This document shows, one piece after another, positions 20,001 through 28,546 of a DNA stretch of 64,000 bases. The position numbers and the translations under genes were made by a program. The DNA comes from Planctomycetota bacterium (GTDB taxonomy: Bacteria; Planctomycetota; UBA8108; SXIK01): the NCBI GenBank assembly GCA_965223845.1, contig CBDCXR010000004.1:224001-288000 (forward strand), in the 5' to 3' direction. Numbering within the stretch: the stretch's first letter is position 1; every line of letters starts with the position of its first letter. The notes below the pieces were generated by a model that ran no database searches, had not been told where the DNA came from, and saw only the letters and a program-made list of their open reading frames with translations.

Positions 20001-21284
20001 GTGATCGACGCGACGGGCTCTCTCGGCGGGGGCTTCGGCTGGAGAACGTTTGCGACTCGTTCTTTCGACGAGGTGCAGCTCGGCGGCATCGTCGATCCGG
20101 GGCTCGTTCGGGAGGTGCGGGTCGGCGACCTGTCGGCCGCGGTCGATCCGCTCTCCGGGTCATGGCGTCTCACCATGCTCTCGAGCGGACTCGCGATGGG
20201 GTCGAACGCGTACTGGGTCTCGTTAATCGACGCTGCGGGTGGGCTGCGGGAGCTCCGCTCACTCAATCTCGAGGTGGTGCCGCGTATCCATCGCGTCGGC
20301 GGACGTCTCGCCGGGACGGTGAGCTGGTCTCCTGATGCCGGCGTGGTTCGCCTCGAGGACACGGTCGTCGTGTCGGGCGGGGCGACACTCACGGTGGCCG
20401 CGGGCACTCAAATCATCGGCGCCCCGGGAGCTCTGCTCGACGTGCGCGGGCGGCTCCGAGTCGAGGGAACGGAGGAGAATCCGGTCGGATTCTACGCGGC
20501 GTCGAGCGAGCCTTGGAACGGGATCGATCTCGGCGACGGCGTCGCGGTCGAAGCCGGCGCGCGTCACACCCTCGAGCACTGCTGGATCAGCGGCGCCGAG
20601 CGATCGAGCGAGGGACGGGAACTCGGCGCGGCGGTGTTCGTCGCCGGGGCGAACGTCCGCCTTCGCGGGGTGCGCATCGCCGAGACGCGCGGGACGGCGC
20701 TCGCGGTGCGCGGCGGGCACATCGCGCTCGAGGACGTCGTGATCGCGGACGGTGAAAGCGGCGTCCGCGTCGTCGACGGAACGATCGCCGCGCGCGGCCT
20801 CGCGCTCCGCCGACTCTGGGGCGATGGCCTGGTGCTCGTTGACAGCGGGAGCGGTGAAGCGCCCCTCCGCGACCTCCGGGTCAGCTCGATCGGCCGTCGC
20901 GGCATCGCCGTGGCAGCGGGATCGGTTGCGATCGAGAGCGGCCACGTTCGCGACGCGATGGTAGGAATCGAGCTCAGTCGCGGAACGCGGGTGAAGGCGA
21001 GCGAGCTCGTTCTGACGGGTGCGGCGCGAGCGATCGTTTTCCTCGGCGAGCCGACGACGCGCCCGCCGCGGCTCGCGCTTCGCCGCTCTGTCATCTGGCC
21101 GCATACCGAAGCCGTTGTCGGACGCGGGACGCTCGAGTTCATCGACTGCGTCGCCCCGCCCTACGGCGACCCCTCTGCGGCCATCGACGCCGACGGGATC
21201 ACCTCGGAGTTGCCGGCCTTCGCAGCGCCGCAATGGGGTGATTTCCGTCGCCGACCGCCCAGCTCCGTCGAGACGCGTTCTTAA
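17100..21284 (+). CDS. Secreted lamin-tail-domain / CotH-kinase-family protein with C-terminal beta-helix
   Basis: Signal peptide MVARAVLLTVILLAAVSG; LTD motifs IVISEVHYHP..EFVEIHN and VVITEVHYHP..EFVEIHN; DGASGDGHF Ig-like module; CotH region RVRFRGN...YFAANSAIGNNE..DDYYL..FILIPWDHD; PWNGI and beta-helix-like tail. The ORF-track start at 16392 overlaps the opposite gene and is rejected. Confidence 0.85.
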   Translation: MVARAVLLTVILLAAVSGNDVSARDPWGPSDADIVISEVHYHPPGDRGTLEFVEIHNSGVHWVDLSGWEFTSGIRFRFPDDTFLAPGAFLAVARNAEKLREAYGEIAVVGDFKGRLGNSDEVLELRSRSGATSAWLHYYDGRDAWFDVWPREPDGDGPSLELIQPHPDWQAAWFWAPSRVPGGTPGEENSVWYRVGHSDSDTPPIAPGIEIAEARLTGTSPFVEIYNAGSKTADLGRLRLTRDVRGREGIPLRGTLARRQRTVIEGDAVATLVDAPGRVLLLVADASRELVDSLPLKRPPEGGSAGRDPLGELTVFEDATPGKANPAANVPAVVITEVHYHPRDDVAGEEFVEIHNAGKSAVDLTGWTLARAVDFEFPEKLVLRAGAYAVVAKDVDKLGAKVGAAGRSRVVGPFKGRLSNSADRLILRDAFGRLVDEVPYSDRTPWPGGADGTGFSIELLHPGIDNRWGRAWTLGPIGGTPAAKNARAKSSVPPTIAHVEHRPAIPRPGEPLRIHAWVIGTSRARVSVLYHSASGTRKVTRKSMADRGRTGDGASGDGHFAVTLPRFQAGARLGYSVVTSGRSPSRFPSNAKEELYVGVAPPADPAAPGAVTYALWMAPASWDTLVAARKRSKPEVSCTLAAEVSGRGVRAYRGKVAHRARVRFRGNNSFVGGDVTLFSYRVRLPDAIRFDGRKRINLHGYKTHRQKAGSEVLRRAGLPAPKATWCRLWDPEQFHGAGYLDVEVVDSCFLEARYGSSAGEIFRGKRGREMGNSFGADFSYHGTDPAPYLKVYVRANKSERLEADELIALIAALNIKDDDEYAEKIPELLDAGEWARYFAANSAIGNNEGGLTTDDADDYYLAQRPTDGKFILIPWDHDTTFVAPKQKLFRPRVAAIRRFLRHPAIAPLYRSALRETLDGPLSAASFARRQLASREFATLEESNELDAFVVGRREFLDPRTRFRVGVGVIDATGSLGGGFGWRTFATRSFDEVQLGGIVDPGLVREVRVGDLSAAVDPLSGSWRLTMLSSGLAMGSNAYWVSLIDAAGGLRELRSLNLEVVPRIHRVGGRLAGTVSWSPDAGVVRLEDTVVVSGGATLTVAAGTQIIGAPGALLDVRGRLRVEGTEENPVGFYAASSEPWNGIDLGDGVAVEAGARHTLEHCWISGAERSSEGRELGAAVFVAGANVRLRGVRIAETRGTALAVRGGHIALEDVVIADGESGVRVVDGTIAARGLALRRLWGDGLVLVDSGSGEAPLRDLRVSSIGRRGIAVAAGSVAIESGHVRDAMVGIELSRGTRVKASELVLTGAARAIVFLGEPTTRPPRLALRRSVIWPHTEAVVGRGTLEFIDCVAPPYGDPSAAIDADGITSELPAFAAPQWGDFRRRPPSSVETRS

Positions 21285-21297
21285 CTCGAATCCGTCG

Positions 21298-22449
21298 TCA
21301 CCTCGGCCCCGTTCGCACGCGCACCTCGACGGGCTGCAGCTTCACTTTCGCCGTTTGTCGCCCTCTGTCGCGGATGTAGTGGATCTCGACTTCGTCGCCG
21401 ATGTCGTATTGGTCGAGCGCGTCTTGCAGATCGACGAGGTTGCCGATCCGCCGATCGCCGATCGCCACGACGAGATCGCCGACGTCGATGTCCCCGTTCG
21501 TGTAGAACACGGTGGGGCGCAGCCCCGCCGCTTCGGCCGCGGACGATTCGGGAACTTCGGCGAGGAGTAGGCCCGCGACGCCGAAGTGCCGCGCGATGAA
21601 CCGATTCACGTTCCGCTCGGGCCAGATCTTGACGCCGAGACCGGCCCGGCGAAGCTTGCCTTCGATGATTCCTCGGACGACGCCCCGGGCGGTATCGATC
21701 GGTACCGCGAATCCGATCCCGGAGTTCGAGCCGCTCGGGCTGAGGATGGCGGTGTTGATGCCGACGACCTCGCCGCGGGAGTTGAGCAGCGGACCGCCGG
21801 AGTTTCCCGGGTTGATCGCCGCGTCCGTCTGGATCACGTCGGTGATCAGGCGGTTGTTCCGCGCGCGCATCTCGCGGCCGAGCGCACTCACCGTTCCCAC
21901 GGTGAGTGTCTGGTCGAGGCCGAACGGATTGCCGATCGCGACGGCGAGCATCCCTTCGAGAAGCTCACGCGACGATCCCGCCTTGACGGGACGAAGCTTC
22001 TCGGCGGGCGCGTCGATGCGCAACACGGCGATGTCTTTGTCCGCGTAGGAGCCGACGACCTCCGCGGAGTAGGAGCTCTGATCGTTGAGAGTCACCTTGA
22101 TCGCCGACGCGTTTTCGATGACGTGCGCGTTCGTGACGATGTGCCCCTTCTGATCCCACATGAAGCCGGAGCCCGTACCGGCGGGCACGGTCTCGATGCG
22201 CGATCGGAAGAACCCGACCGGTGTGCGAACGCGCGCGCTTCCCGTGATGAACACGACGGACGGCGCGTTGTCGCGGAAGATCTCGACGAGCCGTCGCTCG
22301 CGCGGGAGGAGGTCGTCCGGGATCGGCGGCTCGGTATCGCCGAGGAGAGTCGGGAGGGAAGCCGGACTCCGGACGAAGCAGGCGGCGAGGACTGCCGCGG
22401 CGAGGACGAGTACGGCGAACGGGCGGAAGTTAGGGGCGGAGGCTGGCAT
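21298..22449 (-). CDS. HtrA/DegP-family serine protease with one PDZ domain (Deg1/HhoA-like)
   Basis: GTGSGF, VTNAHV, DIAVL, IQTDAAINPGNSGG catalytic triad; N-terminal hydrophobic anchor; start approximate. Confidence 0.93.
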   Translation of the reverse strand: MPASAPNFRPFAVLVLAAAVLAACFVRSPASLPTLLGDTEPPIPDDLLPRERRLVEIFRDNAPSVVFITGSARVRTPVGFFRSRIETVPAGTGSGFMWDQKGHIVTNAHVIENASAIKVTLNDQSSYSAEVVGSYADKDIAVLRIDAPAEKLRPVKAGSSRELLEGMLAVAIGNPFGLDQTLTVGTVSALGREMRARNNRLITDVIQTDAAINPGNSGGPLLNSRGEVVGINTAILSPSGSNSGIGFAVPIDTARGVVRGIIEGKLRRAGLGVKIWPERNVNRFIARHFGVAGLLLAEVPESSAAEAAGLRPTVFYTNGDIDVGDLVVAIGDRRIGNLVDLQDALDQYDIGDEVEIHYIRDRGRQTAKVKLQPVEVRVRTGPR

Positions 22450-22679
22450 GGCTGGGGGAATCTCCGAGTTTGATCTCATCGGCGGAGACGCCGCGGGCCC
22501 TCTCGGCGGTCTCCTCCGTTTCTTTTGTTCTGTTCGGTCGCGAGCCGTTCGTCGACCGGTTTTTTTCGGATTCGATCCGGTTGGTCTTTGGGCTCGTGAC
22601 GCAAGGTGCCCAGCTTGTAGGTCGCGCGGCTCGGTGGGGACATTCACGCGGTCCGATCGGGGTCACCGGGGCTTTTCCC

Positions 22680-22709
22680 TTGACAAATCCCTTCACGAAC
22701 ACCTAGAAT
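22680..22709 (+). promoter_or_regulatory. Sigma70-type promoter for accBC
   Basis: TTGACA (22680-22685), 18-nt spacer, TAGAAT (22704-22709). Confidence 0.7.
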
Positions 22710-22816
22710 TCTCCCCTCGTTTTTTATGTAACCCATTACACTTTCAGGGGTTAGGAAGATTCGCGCTGCCCGCCGTTTCGCCGCGGGCCGGCGGGGAGCT
22801 CCGCCCCGCGCTTCGA

Positions 22817-23308
22817 ATGGATCTCTCGAAGTTCAAAGACCTGAAGGACTTGCAGTCGCTCCTCGAGTTGATGGGGACGTACGACCTTTCAGAGCTCGAG
22901 CTCGAGGGAGAGGGGCGCAAGATACGGTTCCGCAAGACCGAGCCGCAGGCTCCGCGCGAAGTGATCAGCTACGCGCCCCCGCCCGTCGGAGTGCCGCAGG
23001 TCCTGCCGGCGGGCGAGCCGGCTCCCGCGGCCGAGACGGGAGCGGCCGCCCCGGCCGGCGACTCCGGGTGGCACGAAGTGGAGTCGCCGCTCGTCGGTTC
23101 GTTCTACCGCTCGCCGAGCCCCGAGGCCGAGCCGTTCGTGACCGAGGGCGATCGCGTCGAAGCGGACTCCGTGCTCTGCATCATCGAGGCGATGAAGGTG
23201 ATGAACGAGGTCCGCGCCGGCGTTGCGGGGGTCGTCAAGGAGATCCTCGTCAAGAATGCCGAAGCGGTGGAGTTCGGTCAGGCTCTCTTCCGGATCGAGA
23301 CCGAGTGA
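22817..23308 (+). CDS. accB: Acetyl-CoA carboxylase biotin carboxyl carrier protein
   Basis: LSELELE N-terminus, Pro/Ala linker, [17 protein letters not shown] biotinylation motif. Confidence 0.96.
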   Translation: MDLSKFKDLKDLQSLLELMGTYDLSELELEGEGRKIRFRKTEPQAPREVISYAPPPVGVPQVLPAGEPAPAAETGAAAPAGDSGWHEVESPLVGSFYRSPSPEAEPFVTEGDRVEADSVLCIIEAMKVMNEVRAGVAGVVKEILVKNAEAVEFGQALFRIETE

Positions 23309-24654
23309 AACGCTTCTCGCGCATTCTCATCGCGAACCGCGGCGAGATCGCTTTTCGGATCTTGCGCGCGTGTAAGGAGATGGACATCGAGACGGTCGCC
23401 GTCTACTCCGAGGCGGACCGGAACTCGGTGCATCTCGAGCACGCCGATGAGACGATCTGCATCGGTCCCGGGCCGAGCCTCAAGAGCTATCTCGACATCT
23501 CGAAGATCATCAGCGCGGCAGAGATCACCGACGTCGACGCGATCCATCCCGGGTACGGGTTCCTCGCCGAGAATCCGCACTTCGCCGAGGTCTGCCGGTC
23601 GTGTCACATCGAGTTCATCGGCCCGAGCGTCGAATCGATCCGTCTGCTCGGCGACAAGGGACGGGCTCGCTCGCTGGCGGCGGAGGCCGGAGTGCCCTGC
23701 GTGCCGGGAAGCGAGGGCCTCGTCGGCACGGAGCAGGAAGCGCTTCGCGTCGCGGAGGAGATCGGCTATCCGGTCATGATCAAGGCCGTCGCCGGTGGTG
23801 GGGGGCGCGGAATGCGCGTCGCGCACAACGAGATCAGCCTCGTGAGCGGCTGGATGGCCGCTCGCGTCGAGGCGGAAGGCGCGTTCAACAATCCCGACGT
23901 CTACATCGAGAAGCTGGTCGAGAAGCCGCGGCACGTCGAGATCCAGGTGCTCGCCGATCGTCACGGCGAGGTGGTCCATTACGGTGAGCGAGACTGCAGT
24001 CTTCAGCGGCGGCATCAGAAGCTCGTCGAGGAGGCACCATCGCCTTCGATCGGTCCCGAGACCCGCGAGGCGATGGGCGAGGCGGCGAAGCGTCTGATCC
24101 GCGCGGCTGGATACTACAACGCCGCGACGGTCGAGTTCCTCGTCGACCGCGATCAGAACTTCTACTTCATCGAGGTCAACACACGCATCCAGGTCGAGCA
24201 TCCGGTTTCGGAGTTGATCACGGGGCGCGATCTCATCCGCGAGCAGATCCGCGTCGCGAGCGGCGAAGCGCTCGGCTACGGTCAGGAAGACATCGAGTTT
24301 CGCGGCTGGGCGATCGAGTGCCGCATCAACGCGGAAGATCCCGCTAACGACTTCAAGCCGAACGCCGGAACGATCACGCGCTTCGACCTCCCGGGGGGAC
24401 GCGGGGTGCGGGTCGATACCCACGCGCGAGCCGGCTACAAGGTCCCGCCCTTCTACGACTCGATGATCGCGAAGCTGATCGTCCACGGCGACACGCGCGA
24501 CGCGGCGGTCGCCACCATGCGGCGGGCGCTCGACGAGTTCCAGATCGAAGGCGTGAAGACGACGATCCCGCTCCACAAGGAGATTCTCCGGCATTTCCAC
24601 TTCGTGAAGGGGAAGGTCGACACGGGGTTCATCGAAGAGCACTTCATGAATTAG
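23305..24654 (+). CDS. accC: Acetyl-CoA carboxylase biotin carboxylase
   Basis: GTGA overlap with accB; [57 protein letters not shown]. Confidence 0.98.
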   Translation: MKRFSRILIANRGEIAFRILRACKEMDIETVAVYSEADRNSVHLEHADETICIGPGPSLKSYLDISKIISAAEITDVDAIHPGYGFLAENPHFAEVCRSCHIEFIGPSVESIRLLGDKGRARSLAAEAGVPCVPGSEGLVGTEQEALRVAEEIGYPVMIKAVAGGGGRGMRVAHNEISLVSGWMAARVEAEGAFNNPDVYIEKLVEKPRHVEIQVLADRHGEVVHYGERDCSLQRRHQKLVEEAPSPSIGPETREAMGEAAKRLIRAAGYYNAATVEFLVDRDQNFYFIEVNTRIQVEHPVSELITGRDLIREQIRVASGEALGYGQEDIEFRGWAIECRINAEDPANDFKPNAGTITRFDLPGGRGVRVDTHARAGYKVPPFYDSMIAKLIVHGDTRDAAVATMRRALDEFQIEGVKTTIPLHKEILRHFHFVKGKVDTGFIEEHFMN

Positions 24655-24706
24655 CCAGCAAACAAGCGCGGACGCGCTTGTTTGCTGGCTAATTCATGTT
24701 CCTTTT
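24645..24706 (+). terminator. 26-bp perfect hairpin overlapping the accC stop, followed by TTCCTTTT
   Basis: CATGAATTAGCCAGCAAACAAGCGCG-GA-CGCGCTTGTTTGCTGGCTAATTCATG. Confidence 0.8.
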
Positions 24707-25075
24707 GAGGGGGCATTCGCGAAGCCCCCTCGCTGGCGCGGCGAAGCCGCGCCAGCTTCACCCCGCCGAGCGCGCCTTCGGCGCGTTACGCGATCGGCTA
24801 GAGGTGAATCGATCGATTCCAGCCGATCCGGCTCTCGGAGTGAGTTTGCTCGGATCGAATCGGAGTCGGCTGCCCCGTGGTCTGCGGCGGAGCGTCGAGG
24901 GGGGGCATTCGCGAAGCTACCTCGCCGGCGCCGCGACGCCGCGTCAGCTTCACCCCGCCGAGCGCGCGCTCGGCCCGTTGTGCGGTCGGTTAGGGGGCGC
25001 CGTCGATCGCCGCCCTTGCGATTTTCGGAGTGAGTTAGCCCGGACCGAATTCGGGCCGGACTTCCCCGCGGGCAG
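24645..25075. repeat. Multi-hairpin REP/BIME-like element, two diverged ~190-bp units; same family as 44078-44862
   Basis: GAGGGGGCATTCGCGAAGCCCCCTCGC..TTCACCCCGCCGAGCGCG at ~24707, repeated in degenerate form at ~24897. Confidence 0.8.
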
Positions 25076-25529
25076 CCGCGGGGCGCCGAGCTCTCGGCGC
25101 CGAACGAAGGGCGAACTCCGGCGACTGCAACGAGCCGGCGGGAGGCGCCGTCTTAGGCTTGAGGACCGGCCCGCACGTCGATCGGGCTCCGAGCGGCCGC
25201 CGTCGCGGCTCGTCCCGGTCCTGTTGCCTTCGATCTGACCACGAGGTATCCTTGGAGCTTCGGTCTCAAGAACCTTTCCTGAACAGGGTTTAGCCTCTCT
25301 TCCCCCGCCCTCGGCGAGCGTTTTCGCGGTAGGCCGTCGGCCGCGAGCCGGAGCCGCCTCTCGGGTAGGTGTTCCGGCGCCGCCCGCGGTCTTTTCCGGG
25401 TGCGACGATCGCCGCAGCGCGATCCCGCGCGGCGGTCCTCCGAGGGAACAAGCGCAGAGCTCCGGGCGGGCCCCGTCCCCAGCTCGTCAGCGCGGCCGCA
25501 CGGGAAGAGCACGAAGCCTCTATCGGAGT

Positions 25530-26129
25530 ATGAACGTCATGTTGAAGAGCATGTGGAAGAGAAGCGGTGGATTCACGCTCATCGAGCTGCTGATCGTCAT
25601 CGCGATCATCGGAGTTCTGGCCGGGCTCGCGCTGAAGGCGATCTCGTCCGTGCAGGAGTCGGCGTCGCAGGCGACGACCACTTCCCAGGTCGCGGCGATC
25701 GCGAACGCTCTCGAGTCCTATCTCTCCGATGAAGGTGCGCTCCCCGGCGCCTCGCGAAAGAACATCGACGAAGACGACAATCTGTTCCCCGAGCTTTTCA
25801 ATGCGCTCCTCGACGAGAAGAAGCCAAAAGGAAAGGGCGGGCGGAGTGCTCCTTATCTCGACGTGAAGGAAGACGATGTTCACGTTTGGGATGACGACAT
25901 TGGCGAGTATCGGAAGGCCAAGCGTTCGGAGCGTTTCGACAACGAGGTGGACAAGTTCATCGTCGACTCCTGGGGTCAGCCGCTCGTCTATCGCCCGAAC
26001 AAGGGAAAGCGTCGCCAGCCGTGGATGCACAATCCGAGCGGCGCTGACATCTACTCCGTCGGATCGGACGGGGAAGATCAGACGAAAGAAGGCAGCGACG
26101 ATTCGAATGACGACATCGGAAACTGGTGA
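25530..26129 (+). CDS. Type II secretion/type IV pilin-like major pseudopilin (GspG-like)
   Basis: GG|FTLIELLIVIAIIGVLA prepilin cleavage/methylation motif; DSWGQPLVY and YSVGSDG..DDIGNW typical of GspG C-termini. Confidence 0.88.
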   Translation: MNVMLKSMWKRSGGFTLIELLIVIAIIGVLAGLALKAISSVQESASQATTTSQVAAIANALESYLSDEGALPGASRKNIDEDDNLFPELFNALLDEKKPKGKGGRSAPYLDVKEDDVHVWDDDIGEYRKAKRSERFDNEVDKFIVDSWGQPLVYRPNKGKRRQPWMHNPSGADIYSVGSDGEDQTKEGSDDSNDDIGNW

Positions 26130-26172
26130 TCCGAGCGAACGTGGAAGACGTGCCTCGAACGCGGACGGAACG

Positions 26173-26931
26173 ATGACGACGAAGTACGAGTGCCGGGGCT
26201 ACGTGCGCGGCGCGGCGTTTCGCGAGCGCGAACTCCCGCCCGCCGCAATCCGTGACCGTCGCCGCCGAGGCTTCACGCTCATCGAGGTCCTCATCGTGGT
26301 ATCGATCCTCGCGGCGCTCTTCGGTCTCGCGATCACCGGTACCGGGAGCTACATGGGGAAGGCGTCGGAGAAAGCGACGGTGTCCGTCGTGGTTCGCGTT
26401 CAGAGCTGGATGGATGAGTACCGCTCGCTCACCGGGTTCTACCCGCCGGACGGACTCGACAGCCGCGAGCGCACGAAAGAGGACCGCACCGAGCTGCGTG
26501 GTTCGGGCGCTCTCTACTACCACCTGACGCGTCGCGTCGTCGCCGAAGAGCTGATCGGAAGCCGACGGCGGCTGCGGGATCATCCGGCGGTGGCGCAGAT
26601 CTCGGGTAGCGAGACCATCGACGAGCATCCCGACTATCCGGGCGTTCACGAGATTCGCGACGGCTACGGAAATCCCTTTCACTACGACAACACGACGAAC
26701 GGGAAGTACCGCCCGCAGGACGGTTCGGTCCACTACCACGAGATCGAAGAAGCGGACCATCCGGAGGACCCGCGCGAGGGAACGCGCGAAATCGATGGCA
26801 AGCCCGTCGTTCGTCGGACTGGAATCCAGAGTCCGAAGTACGATTTCTGGTCGCACGGGGCGCACGGGCACGATCCCGGTGAAGAGCCGAGCATGCCGAT
26901 TGCGACGTGGAACATTCGCAGCTTCGATTGA
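26173..26931 (+). CDS. Prepilin-type pseudopilin (GspG-like)
   Basis: RG|FTLIEVLIVVSIL; DGYGNPFHY; YDFWSHG; start approximate. Confidence 0.85.
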   Translation: MTTKYECRGYVRGAAFRERELPPAAIRDRRRRGFTLIEVLIVVSILAALFGLAITGTGSYMGKASEKATVSVVVRVQSWMDEYRSLTGFYPPDGLDSRERTKEDRTELRGSGALYYHLTRRVVAEELIGSRRRLRDHPAVAQISGSETIDEHPDYPGVHEIRDGYGNPFHYDNTTNGKYRPQDGSVHYHEIEEADHPEDPREGTREIDGKPVVRRTGIQSPKYDFWSHGAHGHDPGEEPSMPIATWNIRSFD

Positions 26932-26948
26932 CGGTCGGGAGAGAATCC

Positions 26949-27728
26949 GTGTTCACACGAGCCGATAGAACAACGCGCGGGGGGCGTCCGGCTGGCTTCA
27001 CGATGGTGGAGCTGATCGTCGTGATCGGCATCATCATCCTCGCGGCGGGAATGATGGCTCCGACCATCACCGAGTTCTTCAAGAATCGCCACCTCCAGCA
27101 GGTGATGCGCGAGTTCGGCGGCACGATCAACTCGGCTCGGCTGCGCGCGGTGAACGAGCGCACGCGAGTTCACCTCGTGTTCTTCAAGGAAGGGATCCGA
27201 GTGTACGACGCGCGCGAGAACCGGTTCGTCGACGATCTCTTCGACGCGTCGGCGTCTCCGTTCAATGACGACAAGATTTGGTACGTGCTCGGATTTCAGG
27301 ACCGCGCGTTCAATATGGACCTCGCCGGATACGAGGGCTGGGCGAAGACGCATCTTCCGCGAGAGGGCAAGGACGCGAAGAAGAAGCCCGTGCGGCGCCG
27401 TCGAGGGCCAGCGCCGAAGGAAGCTCCGCTCAATCTCGACGGTCTTCCCCAGATCGTGTTCCAGCGCGACGGCAGCGCGGAGTTCAAAACCGGAACCGAC
27501 GTCATGACCGAGCTCTTTCGGCGTGATCCGCCGGCGAGCGGTGACATCATGGTGTTCAGCACGGGCAACACGAACGGCGGGTTCATCGACATTAGCAACA
27601 ACGGGCAGAGTCGGAGTCGACTCGCGCTCCTCGAGAGCGAACCGGAGACCGCCGAAAAGATGAAAGAATCGTTTGCGGGCGAAGGCTCCCGCAAGAAAAA
27701 GCGGCGAGGGCGGAGGCGATCGTCATGA
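26949..27728 (+). CDS. Minor pseudopilin (GspH/FimT-like)
   Basis: GTG after GGGAGAG; AG|FTMVELIVVIGII; ARLRAV; IVFQRDG typical of FimT/GspH. Confidence 0.82.
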   Translation: MFTRADRTTRGGRPAGFTMVELIVVIGIIILAAGMMAPTITEFFKNRHLQQVMREFGGTINSARLRAVNERTRVHLVFFKEGIRVYDARENRFVDDLFDASASPFNDDKIWYVLGFQDRAFNMDLAGYEGWAKTHLPREGKDAKKKPVRRRRGPAPKEAPLNLDGLPQIVFQRDGSAEFKTGTDVMTELFRRDPPASGDIMVFSTGNTNGGFIDISNNGQSRSRLALLESEPETAEKMKESFAGEGSRKKKRRGRRRSS

Positions 27729-28546
27729 ATCGACCACTCGAACAGTCGACGCCTACGGCCGATCCTCGCTCGGGGTTCACGATCCTCGAGATCATGATCG
27801 CGACGGCGATCTTGACGCTCGGGCTCGTCGGCATCCTCGCGCTCTTTCCGGTCGCGATTTTCACCGGAAAGCGCATCGTCGAGCAGTCGACAGCGGTTGT
27901 CATCGCCGAGTCGGTCGCCGAGGCGATTCGCGAAGGGGTGCGCAACAACCTCCGGTACAACCGCTACGGACAGCCGTACTTCGTATTCAAGCACGACGGG
28001 GTCACGGACCCGATCCCGCTCCAGCAAGAGCGCGAGCGCTACTCGCACGATTACTACATCCTGCTCCCGGGATACCGGCGCGCGCAGTTTTCCGGTCGAA
28101 CCGCGCGCGACAAGGCGATGGACTCCGCGAAGACCTTTCTCTTTCCCGAAACGGATTCGGCGAAGAATGGGAACGGACGCCAGGAGCGCGCCGACAACGA
28201 CGCCGACGACTACACTTACCGGTTCGAAAACGGTGAGTCGTACAAAGACATCTGGGTGGAGAAGACCTACTCGCTGGGGAACTATCTGCCCGGTCTCGAG
28301 GCGGAAGGAATCCGCGTCCTCCGGGATCAGAAGATCGACGCGATCCGGCAGTACTCCTACGCGTTCGCGATCTCTCCGAGCTACAACGACGCGAACATCA
28401 CGCTCAGTCCGAACTCCGACGCGTACCGGCCGGCCGGGCGATTGTTCCACGTTCGCATCATGATCTTCCGGAGCTTCGTTCCCGTCGAGAAGGGCGCAGA
28501 GTCGCCCGTACCGGTCTACGAGCTCGACTTCGAGGTCGCCATATGA
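27725..28546 (+). CDS. Minor pseudopilin (PilV/GspI-like)
   Basis: ATGA overlap; SG|FTILEIMIATAILTLGLVGILALFP. Confidence 0.82.
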   Translation: MNRPLEQSTPTADPRSGFTILEIMIATAILTLGLVGILALFPVAIFTGKRIVEQSTAVVIAESVAEAIREGVRNNLRYNRYGQPYFVFKHDGVTDPIPLQQERERYSHDYYILLPGYRRAQFSGRTARDKAMDSAKTFLFPETDSAKNGNGRQERADNDADDYTYRFENGESYKDIWVEKTYSLGNYLPGLEAEGIRVLRDQKIDAIRQYSYAFAISPSYNDANITLSPNSDAYRPAGRLFHVRIMIFRSFVPVEKGAESPVPVYELDFEVAI

